This document shows, in pieces, positions 52,805 to 64,000 of a DNA stretch of 64,000 nucleotides (the stretch's first letter is position 1; each line of letters begins with the position of its first letter). Under the pieces are notes generated by a model. The model was not told the origin of the DNA and made no database searches. It saw only the letters and a list, made by a program, of their open reading frames with translations. The position numbers were made by a program, and so were the translations under genes. The DNA is from Mobula hypostoma (Eukaryota), in the NCBI RefSeq assembly GCF_963921235.1, contig NC_086108.1:62994001-63058000 (forward strand), read 5' to 3'.

Positions 52805-55750
52805 GGATCAAACTGAAGAGACTGGGGAAGTGAAGGTTGGCTCACAAATAGAGAAAGCTTGTAGATATTGCGAGAGGGAGGATAGGCAGGTGATAGAGAA
52901 GGGACGTGCTCAGACCAAAGGTTTGAGATGAGTCTATTTTAACTCAAGGGATATTTTGAACAAAGCAGATGAGCTTAGAGCGTGGATCAGTACTTGGAGA
53001 TATGATGTGGTGGCCATTACAGAGACTTGGATGGCTCAGGGACAGGAATGGTTACTTCAAGTGCGGAGATTTAGATGTTTCAGAAAGGACAGGGAGGGAG
53101 GCAAAAGAGGTGGGGGTGTGGCATTGTTGATCAGAGATAGAGTCACGGCTGCAGAAAAGGTGGGCACCGCGGTGGGATTGTCTACGGAGTCTTTGTGGAT
53201 GGAGGTTAGGAACAGGAAGGGGTCAATAACTTTACTGGGTGTTTTGTGTAGGCCGCCCAATAGTAACAGGGATATCGAGGAGCAGACAAGAAAACAGATC
53301 CTAGAAAGGTGTAATAATAACAGAGTTGTCGTGATGGGAGATTTTAATTTCCCAAATATCGATTGACATCTCCCTAGAGCAAGGGATTTAGATGGGTAGA
53401 GTTTGTTAGGTGTGTTCAGGAAGGTTTCTTGACACAATATGTAGATAAGACTACAAGAGGAGAGGCTGTACTTGATGTGGTATTGGGAAATTAACCTGGT
53501 CAGGTATCAGATCTCTCAGTGGGAGAGCATTTTGGAGACAGTGATCATAATTCTACTTCCTTTACAACAACATTGGAGGGAGTTAGGAACAGACAAGTTA
53601 GAAAAACATTTAATTGGAGTAAGGGCAATTATGAGGCTATCAGGCAGGAAATTGGAATCTTAAATTGGAAACAGCTGTTCTCAGGGAAAAGTACGGAAGA
53701 AATGTGGCAAATGTTCAAGGGATATTTGTGTGGAGTTTTGCATAAGTATGTTCCAATGAGAGAGGGAAGTTATGGTACAGTACAGCAACTGCGGTGTACA
53801 AAGGCTGTAATAAATCTAGTCAAGAAGAAAAGAAAAGCATACAAAAAGTTCAGAGAGCTAGGTAATGTTAGAGATCTAGAAGATTATAAGGCTAATAGGA
53901 AGGAATTTAAGAAGGAAATTAGGAGAGCCAGAAGGGGCCATGAGAAGTCCTTGGCGGGCAGGATTAAAGAAAACCCCAAGGCATTCTACAAGTATGTGAA
54001 GAGCAAGAGGATAAGACGTGAAAGAATAGGACCTATTAAGTGTGACAGTGGGAAAGTATGTATGGAACCGGAGGAAATAGCAGAGGTACTTAATGAATTC
54101 TTTACTTCAGTATTCACTATGGAAAAGGATCTTCGTGATTGTAGTGATGACTTGCATCAGTCTGAAAAGCTTGAACATGTAGATACTAAGAACGAGGATG
54201 TGCTGGAGCTTTTGGAATGCATCAAATTGGATAAGTCGCTGGGACCGGATGAGATATACCCCAGGCTACTATGGGAGGCGAGGGAGGGGATTCCTGAGCC
54301 TCTGGCAATGATCTTTGCATCATCAATGGGGACGGGAGAAATTCCGGAGGATTGAAGGGTTGCAGATGTTGTTCCATTATTCAAGAAAGGGAGTAGAGAT
54401 AGCCCAGGAAATTATAGACCAGTGAGTCTTACCTCAGTGGTTGGTAAGTTGATGGAGAAGATCCTGAGAGGCAGGATTTATGAACATTTGGAGAAGTATA
54501 ATATGATGAAGAATAGTCAGCATGGCTTTGTCAAGGGCAGGTCGTGCCTTATGAGCCTGATTGAATTTTTTGATGATGTGACTAAACACATTGATGAAGG
54601 AAGAGCAGTAGATATAGTGTATGTGGATTTCAGCAAGGCATTTGATAAGGTACTCCATGCAAAGCTTATTGAGAAAGTAAGGAGGCATGGGATCCAAGGG
54701 GACATTGTTTTGTGAATCCAGTACTGGCTTGCCCACAGAAGGCAAAGAGTGGTTGTAGATGGGTCATATTTTGCAGGGATCTGTTCTGGGACCCTTACTC
54801 TTCATGATTTTTATAAATGACCTGGAGGAGGAAGTGGGGGGATGGGTTAGTAAATATGCTGATGACACAAAGGTTGGGGGTGTTGTGGATAGTGTGGAGG
54901 GCTGTCAGAGGTTACAGCGGGACATTGATAGGACGCAAAACTGGGTTGAGAAGTGGCAGATGGAGTTCAACCCATATAAGTGTGAAGTGGTTCATTTTGG
55001 TAGGTCAAATATGATGGCAGAATATAGTATTAATGATAAGACTTTTGGCAGTGTGGAGGATCATAGGGATCTTGGGGCCCGAGTCCATTGGACGCTCAAA
55101 GCAACTGCGCAGGTTGACTCTGTGGTTAGGAAGGTGTATGGTGTATTGGTCTTCATCAATCGTGGAATTGAATTTTGGAGCCAAGAGGTGACGTTGCAGC
55201 AAGATAGGACCCTGGGCAGACCCCACTTGGAGTACTGTGCTCAGTTCTGGTCGCCTCACTATTGGAAGGATGTGGAAGCCATAGAAAGTGTACAGAGGAG
55301 ATTTACAAGGATGTTGCCTGGATTGGGGAGCATGCCTTATGAAAACAGGTTGAGTGAACGTGGCCTTTTCTCCTTGGAGCGACGGAGGATGAGAGGTGAC
55401 CTGATAGAGGTGTGTAAGATGATGAGAGGCATTGATTATGTGGATAGTCAGAAGCTTTTTCCCAGAGCTGAAATGTTGCCGCAAGAGGGCACAGGTTTAA
55501 GGTGCTGGGAAGGAGGTACAGAGGAGATGTCAGGGGTAAGTTTTTAACTCCGAGAGTAGTGAATGCGTGGAATGAAGGTGGAGGCAGATATGGTAGGGTC
55601 TTTTAAGAGACTTTTGGATAGGTACATGGAGCTTAGAAAAATAGAGGGCTATAGGTAAGCCTAGTAATTTCTAAGGTAGGGTCATGTTCAGCACAACTTT
55701 ATGGGCCAAAAGGCCTGTATTGTGCTGTAGTTTTTCTATGTTTGTATGTT
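52805..55750 (+). mobile_element. CR1 LINE with nearly complete but disrupted ORF2
   Basis: APE domain YDVVAITETW...GGGVA...MGDFNFP...[33 protein letters not shown]1 3' UTR and TTTCTATG tail. Confidence 0.96.
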
Positions 55751-56124
55751 TAAATATTAATGATTTGTTAAAGAATATAGGCATGATTGGGATGGTTGCA
55801 AATGACACCAAAATTGCTGATATGGTGGACAATAACAAAAGTTGCCTCAAGTTACAACAGGATTATGGATCAAATAGAAATATGGAAAGGGAATCCGCAT
55901 AGGTAACTTCTTTTTGCACGTTAAGTCTGAATGTTTAAGTGTTTGTCTGTTCATGTATAGCATTTTGTAAACTTCTATTGTATTCTTTTCCTGTCAATGC
56001 TTGAAAGCAAATGAATCTCAGGGTAACGTATGTATCATACAGTATATATAATATATATATAATTACTTTAAACTTTGGTATGGAATTTAACTTGGAGAAG
56101 TGTGAAATGATGTAATCCAGGGTT

Positions 56125-57645
56125 ATGAAACAAGTAGCTGGAGTGATGGTGGAGGCATTAGTAGTGATATTCCAAGACATTTTGGATTGTGGGATGGTTC
56201 TGGAAGACTGGAAAATCACAAATGTCACTCGACCTCCACATAGAAGGGAGGGAGGCAAAAGGTAGGAAGTTATAGGCCAGTTAGCCTGTCTTTAGTGGTT
56301 GGTATAAACTTACAGTCCATTTTTAAGGATGAGGTTTCAGGGTACTTGGTGGCATTTCAGGATACTTGATAAAATAAGCCAAAGTCAGCATGCTTAAGAG
56401 GAAATCTTACCTGACAAATCTGTTGGAATTATTTGAGGAAGTAACAGGCAGGATAGACACAGGAGGGGCAGTGGATGTTGTTTATCTGGATTTTCAGAAG
56501 GCCTTAGACAAGGCGCTGCACATTAGGCTGCTAAACAAGATAGGAACCCATAGTATTATAGTAAAGGTACTAGCATGGATAGAAAATTGACTGGTAGAAG
56601 GTGAAGAGTGGGAATAAGGGAGGCATTTTCTGGTTGGCTGCCGATGACTAGTGGTGTTCTGCAGGGGTCAATGTCGGGTCCGCTATTTTTCATATTATTT
56701 GTTAATGATCTGGATGATAGAATTCATGGATTTTTGGCCAGGTTAGTGGATGATACAGACAAGGTAGAGGGGCGTGTAGTGTTGAGGAAGCAGAGAATCT
56801 GCAGAAGGACTTGGACAGATTAGAAAAATGGGCAAAGAAGTGACAGATGAAACAGAATATAGGGAAATATGTGGTCATGCACTTCGGTCGAAGAAATAGA
56901 AGTGTAACTGCTTTCTAAATGGAGAGTGAATTCAGAAATCAGAGATGCAAGTGCCACTCATATCACTGGTGCAGGTTTCCTTAAAGGTTAACTTGCAGGT
57001 TGAGTCGTTATTAAAGAAGGCAAATACAATGTTAGCATTCATTTCAAGAGGTCTAGAATATCAAAATAAGAAGGTAATGCTAAGATTTTATCAGGCATTA
57101 CTCAGATCACATATGGTATATTGTGGGCAATTTTGGGCCCCATATCTAAGGACAAATGTATTGGTATTGGAGAGGTTACAGAAAAAGATTTACAAGAATT
57201 ATCCTAGGAATGAAAGGGTTAATGTTTGAAGAGTGTTTGATGGCTCTGGTATGTACTTGCTGAAGTTTAGAATAATGAAGGTGGATCTCATTGAAGCCTG
57301 CATTGCGTGAACATGGAGAAGACGTTTTCAATATTGCGAGAGTCTGGGACCTGGGGTCACAGACTCAGAATAGAGAGACATCCCTTTTGAAACCAGATGT
57401 GGAGGAATTTCTTGAGGCCAGAGGATGATAAATTTGTAAAATTCATTACCACAGATTGCTGTGGAGCCAAATGATTGGGTATATTTAAAATGGAGGTTGA
57501 TAGGTTCTTGATTAGTAAGGGTATCAAAAGTTACAGAAGAAGGCAAGAGAGTGTTGATAGGGAAAATAAGTTAGCCACGATCAAATAGCAGAGCAGACTT
57601 GATGGATCAAATGGCCTAACTTTGCTCCTATGTCTTACTGTCATA
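56125..57645 (+). mobile_element. Older CR1 LINE
   Basis: LTNLLELFEEVT...VDVVYLDFQKA, GVLQGS and YCGQFWAP remnants. Confidence 0.88.
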
Positions 57646-57664
57646 CGTTTCCCTTCTTCTGTTG

Positions 57665-58490
57665 GAGCACTGAGTATGAGAGGTGGGATGTCATGTTACT
57701 GTTGTACAAAACATTGGTGAGATGACAAATAGAGTATTGCACACAGTTCTGGTTACCACACTTCAGGGAGGATGTGATTAAATTAGAGAATATGCAAGAA
57801 AGGTTTACAGGAATGTAGTCATACTTTATTGATCCCTAGGGAAATTGGTTTTCGTTACAGTTGCACCAACCAAGAATAGAGTATAAATATAGCAATATAA
57901 AACCATAAATAATTAAATAGTAATATGTAAATTATGCCAGGAAATAAGTCCAGGACCAGCCTATTGGCTCAGGGTGTCTGACCCTCCCAGGGAGGAGTTG
58001 TAAAATTTGATGGCCACAGGCAGGAATGGCTTCCTATGACGCTCAGTGTTGCATGTCAGTGGAATGAGTCTCTGGCTGAATGTACTCCTGTGCCCAACCA
58101 GTACTTTATGTAGTGGATGGGAGACATTGTCCAAGACCGGAGACCTAAGTTAGAGTAGAGATTGGATAGGACAGGATGGTTTTCCCTGGAGCGAACGAGA
58201 TTAACAGCTGATTTTACAAAGGTATTAAGATTATGAAAGAGATAGCTAGGAAAAATGGTAGAGGAGTTTAAAAGTAGAAGGCATAGCTTTAACATGAAAG
58301 GGGAAAATTTTGAAAGGACCTGAGGGCAAGTTTTTCACATCAGTGATGGGGGTGTATGGAATGAACTGTCAGAGGAACTGGTAGAGGTGAGTCCAGTTAC
58401 AGCATTTAGAGGGATATGGGCCAAATACAGACAAATAAGGTTAGTGTCGATAATTGGTCACCTATTTTTGTGCTGCATAACTCTATCACC
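57665..58490 (+). mobile_element. Degenerate CR1 3' part with a nested minus-strand Rex1 3' end (57818-58140)
   Basis: The nested piece is the reverse complement of about 32620-32930. The flanks are CR1 C-terminal remnants. Confidence 0.75.
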
Positions 58491-58828
58491 TATGAATCAA
58501 TATAAAAAGTGTGTTGATATATTAATAGGTCAATAATCAATTGTCCAGAGAATCTTCTGGTTCAGCATCACAAGAATGCTGAGAGTGCAAGATTATCAGA
58601 ATTTTACTTTATATTGAATGCAATATTCAACCTCTATCCTTTCTACCCAAGCTTTTCCAGTTGTAAGCTTTTGGGGTTAATTTCATGTTGATTATTAAGG
58701 AGTAGCAATGCCCTCCACGAGGCTTTTTTTAAGATCATTGTTTCCTAATTGAATTGAACCCAAAATGAATTTTAAAAGGTAGCAATTGTACTTTTGAACT
58801 AAGTGGCACTTCTCCCTTTCATCGACAG

Positions 58829-58903
58829 ATAACCGGATTAGCACTGTCCAACAGTATTGATGATCTTGCAAAGCTGTACTTAGCAACAATTCAAGCAATA
58901 GCA
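58829..58903 (+). CDS. FGGY: FGGY internal coding exon (75 nt, phase 0/0)
   Basis: Acceptor ctttcatcgacag|ATA and donor GCA|gtaagg. Translates ITGLALSNSIDDLAKLYLATIQAIA, comparable to [25 protein letters not shown]. Confidence 0.95.
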
Positions 58904-61339
58904 GTAAGGTTTTACATTTTTCTATATTTTGAACTAATGTATGAACTTCCACTGAGTAATGACATTTTCTTAATAGTAGTACATTATCTTCATTTTTTAA
59001 ATAGTGATCATAGAGTAACAGAATTAATTGCCAAAAATCAGACCACAGGTACCCAAATTCACTAAATGCCTGCTCAGAAGTTTCTGCCAGATTTATCTTT
59101 ATATGACATCTCCACTTTGGTATTTACTTCTAGTTTGCGCTACATCACTGTAGTTTAAAAACCTGAAGAAATTGGGCAGTATAAGTAATTTTAAAATACT
59201 TATAAGGAAATTTTGTAACACATATCCATTTCTTGGAGCAATTAACAATACCAGAAAGTCAGATTACAAAAGCTTTAAGCCCATTTAGATCACAAGATAA
59301 CTAAAAATGAGAAAACTTATTGGTCCATCCTAGTTCACTACATGGAAACAGACACTGCTTCTTGGATGTTTCCAAAATATTAATGCCATTACTCTGGATT
59401 TATTGATGAATCCTTTGGGAAGAATTTTCTGATATCAGTTCTAAATTATGTTTGCACTAAATTATGCCTGTTGAACTTCAATAGTAGTTCATGCCTAAGT
59501 GGTAATTGGAGATAAGACTAAATAAAGATTTGATTTTTCTTAAAATTAGTGGAATTCTAACTTTCTTCACTGATACTAATTATAATTATTACACCATCCT
59601 GGTCTCATCAGTGTGGATTCTGACATTGTTCATTTAACAATAGCATCTCAAAAACCCAGGGTTTTTGCATTTATAGTTTTCAAAAATATTAAAATAAAAC
59701 TAAATAAGCTAAAGTGTGGAGTTTCCACCGGTAAACTGTGACTTTTAACCCCTTGCTTCTGAGACTTACGCAGACCCGTTGCTTGCAGTGAGTCAGAATG
59801 TGCCAGCAATAACATAGAGATAGACTGTGGATGTGGCGAATGCAGTGGAGGCCAAATGCATATGCATCTGAACCCTTGCTCTTCCCCCTGAGTTCACTGT
59901 GCTTCCATTAGTTGCTGAGCTGAGGAGCTGGACACCCTTCTCGCAAAAAAAAAACAAAATTCCTGGAAGAACACAGCTTCCATAGAGGAAAATAGACATC
60001 TGTATTTTGGGACGAGACCTTTCATCTGGACTAAGAGTATGAAGTGACTCCACTTGGACACATTCCATATCTGGTCTACGATCTCATGTCAGCCATTGCT
60101 GCCATTTCTCAGTGAAAGAGATAGAATTCTAATGTGGCTTGACAGGATGGGTGCAGAAATAATGTTTCTCATTACTTGGTTGTCTAGTATTAGGGGCTAC
60201 AGCCTGAAAATAACGCGAACTGAGTTGAGAAAAAAAAATGTCTTCAGAGAAAATAGTGTATCTTGGAAATTCACTGCACATGACGTCTGTGGAGATTCAG
60301 TCACTTAGTATATTCAGAACAGAAAATTATGGATTTTTAAATAATGAGGGAAACGAGATACGGGATTTGTACAGAAATGTGGCATTGAGGCGGAAGATGA
60401 ATCAAGATCTTATTGAAGTGCGTGCAGGTATGAGGGGCAGAATAGTCAATGATGGTTGCTCTTTTCTTAACAGGTCATCGGCCTTCATTTGAAAGGCAAG
60501 TTGAGGTTAACGTTTTGAATAGTTTTCATTCTTTTATTGTGTATTTAAGTTTTTATTTAATTAGCAACCATGTATTATGCTTCTAAATATTTTCATTTTT
60601 AATGTTAGATATCTCTGATTTGGAGAAAGTGAACAGAGCTTTGGAAAGCAGAACAATAAATTGTATACCATATAGAGTGTAGTCCAAGCAAATGTGAAAC
60701 TTTTTTTTAGTTGTCTCACCCACACTTACCCACGTAGAGAAAATATACACAATGTTTTTGAAGTGGAAATGTGTTAACATTGCATAACAATACATAACAA
60801 TTTAATTACATTTAGCCTTGCTCAATTCATTCATTACAAATTGTCTATTAGTGGAAAATTAAGAACATCCTTTTATACCAAAGTCTTACCCGGAGTGATC
60901 TAACTCTTGTCCAGCATATCAAATTAATTCACCTCAATAGAAGCTGACAGTTTTTGCACAAAATAATCTGACTGTCCTCCCAGTTTACCCTACTATCCTT
61001 TCTGTGATATGAAACATTCACAATCTTAGTTGCTGAATAGATAATACATCCCAAATTCACCTAAGGTCCCCACCTTCATAGATCTGTCTAAAGCCAATTC
61101 AGTATGTTCTATATGACACCAATAAAAGGGCTGAGAATTTGTGTGTAAAATAAAGTCCACAGAACCTATTTAACATCCCAGCTGTAGTACTAAAGACCTG
61201 TACTCCCGAACTTGCTGTGACCTCTAGCCAAGCTATTCCAGTAAACTTAAAACACTGGCATCTACGTAACATTTTGGAAAATTGCTCAGGTTTGTTCTGT
61301 ACAATGACCAGGATAAATCCAATCAAGCCAGTAACATCG

Positions 61340-61692
61340 ATGACCATCTTGCTACTACATTTGGGCAGAAGGTACAGGAGCCTTAGATCCCACAGCACAA
61401 GGTTCAGTAATGGCTACGACTCTGCAATCATCAGGCTCCTGAATCAGTATTTATAACTTCACTCACCACAACTCTGAACTAAGTCCACAACCTAAAACAT
61501 GTTCTTAGTATTTTTTATTTGTTATTTGCATAGTTTGACTTTTTCACATTGGTTGTTTGCTATTCTTTGGTTACGTATTTTTTCACACTGTATTTCTTTA
61601 TTTTCCTGTAAACATCTGCAAGAAAATTAATCTCAAGGTATCATACCATAATCTGTATGTACTTTGATAATAAATTTACTTTCACTTTGACT
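61340..61692 (+). mobile_element. Rex1/L2-like LINE 3' end
   Basis: GRRYRSLRSHSTRF...IRLLN. Tail GATAATAAATTTACTTT. Confidence 0.75.
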
Positions 61693-61904
61693 TAGGATCA
61701 ACTGCATTGCACCAGACCTCACCAACCATGGTCCACATATGGACCCAATGAAGTGAATGATGAATGAGTACATTTGACATCAAGGCACCATCTGGCCCAC
61801 TGTGGCATCAAGCAGCCCCAGTAAAAGTGAAATAATCAGGCATCAAGAGTAATGCTTTGATAGCACCTGTATTTAAATTGATCATTGTATTTTCTTTTCT
61901 CCAG

Positions 61905-62025
61905 CTAGGAACCCGCCACATATTGGAAACAATGCAGAATGCGGGACATCAAATCAATACCCTCTTTATGTGTGGTGGATTGAGCAAGAATCTCCTGTTT
62001 GTCCAAATGCATTCAGATATCTCAG
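61905..62025 (+). CDS. FGGY: FGGY internal coding exon (121 nt, phase 0/1)
   Basis: Acceptor tttcttttctccag|CTA and donor TCAG|gttggt. Translates [40 protein letters not shown](G), containing the FGGY-family GGLSKN motif. Confidence 0.95.
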
Positions 62026-62719
62026 GTTGGTAAGTTGGGAGAGGGTAAAAGGACAATAAATGAGAAAGTCGACAATTTAGAAGGTTTATTTATTTCTAAA
62101 CAAAGCAAAGGTCGTAACTATTTCACCGATTAACTAATGGAGGAAAAGCATGATGACCTGAAGATAAAGAAGTAAGCTTCACTGAATCACTAAGACATAT
62201 GCAAGAGCTACATAATCAAGTTCAAGTTTATTTGATATGGAACTGTATACATGTATTACACCAAGCAAAACAGTGTTCCTGTGGACCTAGGTGGAAAGCA
62301 CAGTATATCTAATTTACACACAGCATAAAGTAATAACACCACAAATAAACTGCAAATAGTAAAATATGTTCAAGAAGATTGACATTTAGCATAAGGTGCA
62401 TTTACAACACAAGTTAAAAAGTAAACAATATAACGCTACTGGCTCTTCATACATGATGACACCTGGATAGTGGCAGGGAGTTCAGTAGTCTTAGGGCCCG
62501 GGAGAACAAGCTGATTCCCTTCCTAACAGTCCTTGTCCTAATGCTATGGTCCCTCTTGCCTGATGGTAGTGAGTCAAAGAGATTGTGGGATCAATGGGAG
62601 GGATCCTTGGCAGTGCTAAGGGCTCTGCTCCTGGATAAGTATTTTGGATTGGTGGAAAAGAGACCCCAGTGATCTTCTCAGCAGCTTTTGCAATCCTTTG
62701 TAGGGTCTTGCAGTATTAG

Positions 62720-63127
62720 ATCTACGCCATACATGCTTAGTGTTGAGCCTAAAGAGTTCCAGCTTAGTCTCATCTGACGATGACTATCTTCCACATCCTT
62801 GCAGTATTTTCTAAGTGATGCTTTGCAAAGTCTTCATGGGCAAGGATATGTTTTTTTTAGACCTACGTCTGGCTTAAGTCTATAACTGCGCGTCAGTCAG
62901 GTAACACCATCGCCTATAGTTGAAGTAGCATCATGCTATAGGGATGCCTTTCAGCAGCAGGGACTGAAAATCTGGTCAGGCTTGATGAGTACGTGATTGC
63001 TGTTCAATACAATGAGATCCTGGATGAAAACCTGCTAGCCTCTGACAGAAAGCTTAAACTAAGGAGGAGGTTTGTCTTTTAACAGGACGGTGGCCCGAAG
63101 CACACTGCCAGAGTAGCCATGGAGTGA
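62720..63127. mobile_element. Rearranged Tc1 transposase fragments
   Basis: Minus strand SDETKLELF (about 62752-62778). Plus strand SIML.GC..AAGT..LVR...YNEILDENLL...FVF.QD..PKHTA (about 62925-63110). Confidence 0.65.
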
Positions 63128-64000
63128 CCCATAGAAACTTAGAAAACCTACAGCATAATACAGGCCCTTCGGCCCACAAAGTTATGCCCAACATGTCCCT
63201 ACCTTAGAAATTACTAGGCTTACCTACGGCCTTCTATTTTTCTAAGCTCCATGTACCTATCTAGGAGTCTCTTAAAAGACCCTATCGTATCCGCCTCCAC
63301 CACCGTTGCTGGCAGCCCATTCCATGCATTCACCAATCTCTGAGTAAAAACTTACCCCTGACTTCTACTCGGTACCAACTCCCCAGCACCTTAAACCTGT
63401 GTCCTCTTGTGGAAACCATTTCAGCCCTCGGAAAAAGCCTCCGACTATCCACACGATCAATGCCTCTCATCATCTTATACACCTCTATCATGTCACCTCT
63501 CATCCTTCGTTGCTCCAAGGAGAAAAGGCCAAGTTCACTCAACCTATTCTCATAAGGCATGTTCCCCAATCCAGGTAACATCCTTGTAAATCTCCTCTGC
63601 ACCCTTTCTATGGTTTCCACATCCTTCCTGTAGTGAGGTGACCAGAACTGAGCATAGTACTCCAAGTGGGGTCTGACCAGGGTCCTATATAGCTGCAACA
63701 TTACCTTTCAGCTCCTAAATTCAATTCCACGATTGATGAAGGCCAATACGCCCTATGCCTTTTTAACCACAGAGTCAACCTGCGCAGCTGCTTTGAGTCT
63801 CCTATGGACTCAGACCCCAAGATCCCTCTGATTCTCCACACTACCAAGAGTCTTACCATTAATACTATATTCTGCCATCATATTTGACCTACCAAAATGA
63901 ACCACTTCACACTTATCCAGGTTGAACTCCATCTGCCACTTCTCAGCCCAGTTTTGCATCCTACCAATGTCCCGCTGTAACCTCTGACAGCCCTCCACAC
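63128..64000 (-). mobile_element. CR1 LINE 3' portion running off the window
   Basis: ORFs 63330-63701 and 63810-63998. Same subfamily as 52805-55750. Confidence 0.95.

Noticed and set aside
60474..60518. VIGLHL segment as the true FGGY exon
   Set aside because: It hits a stop and lacks DDLA.LYLAT. The real exon is 58829-58903. Kept only as a weak cryptic-exon finding.

Overview
This is eukaryotic, vertebrate DNA. The repeat mix (abundant CR1, Rex1/Babar-like LINEs, Penelope-derived palindromic elements) suggests a cartilaginous fish such as a ray, which is an inference. The window lies inside one gene on the + strand, FGGY (FGGY carbohydrate kinase domain containing). Five internal coding exons were read by hand: 20982-21089, 27980-28041, 38429-38576, 58829-58903 and 61905-62025. 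They have AG/GT boundaries, consistent phases and one open frame, and the ORF track misses all of them in the correct frame. The introns are a layered collection of decayed mobile elements: many CR1 and Rex1/Babar-like LINEs, a Sushi-like chromovirus plus a solo LTR, Tc1, Tigger/pogo and hAT elements, an RTE, an L1, a HERO-like RLE retrotransposon and a 35-bp G-rich minisatellite. I found no convincing new protein-coding system. The best candidates for a second look are a minimal hammerhead-ribozyme motif in a Penelope-derived element, inverted LINE pairs flanking FGGY exons, several oddly built transposon copies, and two splice-site oddities. Repeat boundaries are by eye and approximate unless a TSD or TIR is quoted.
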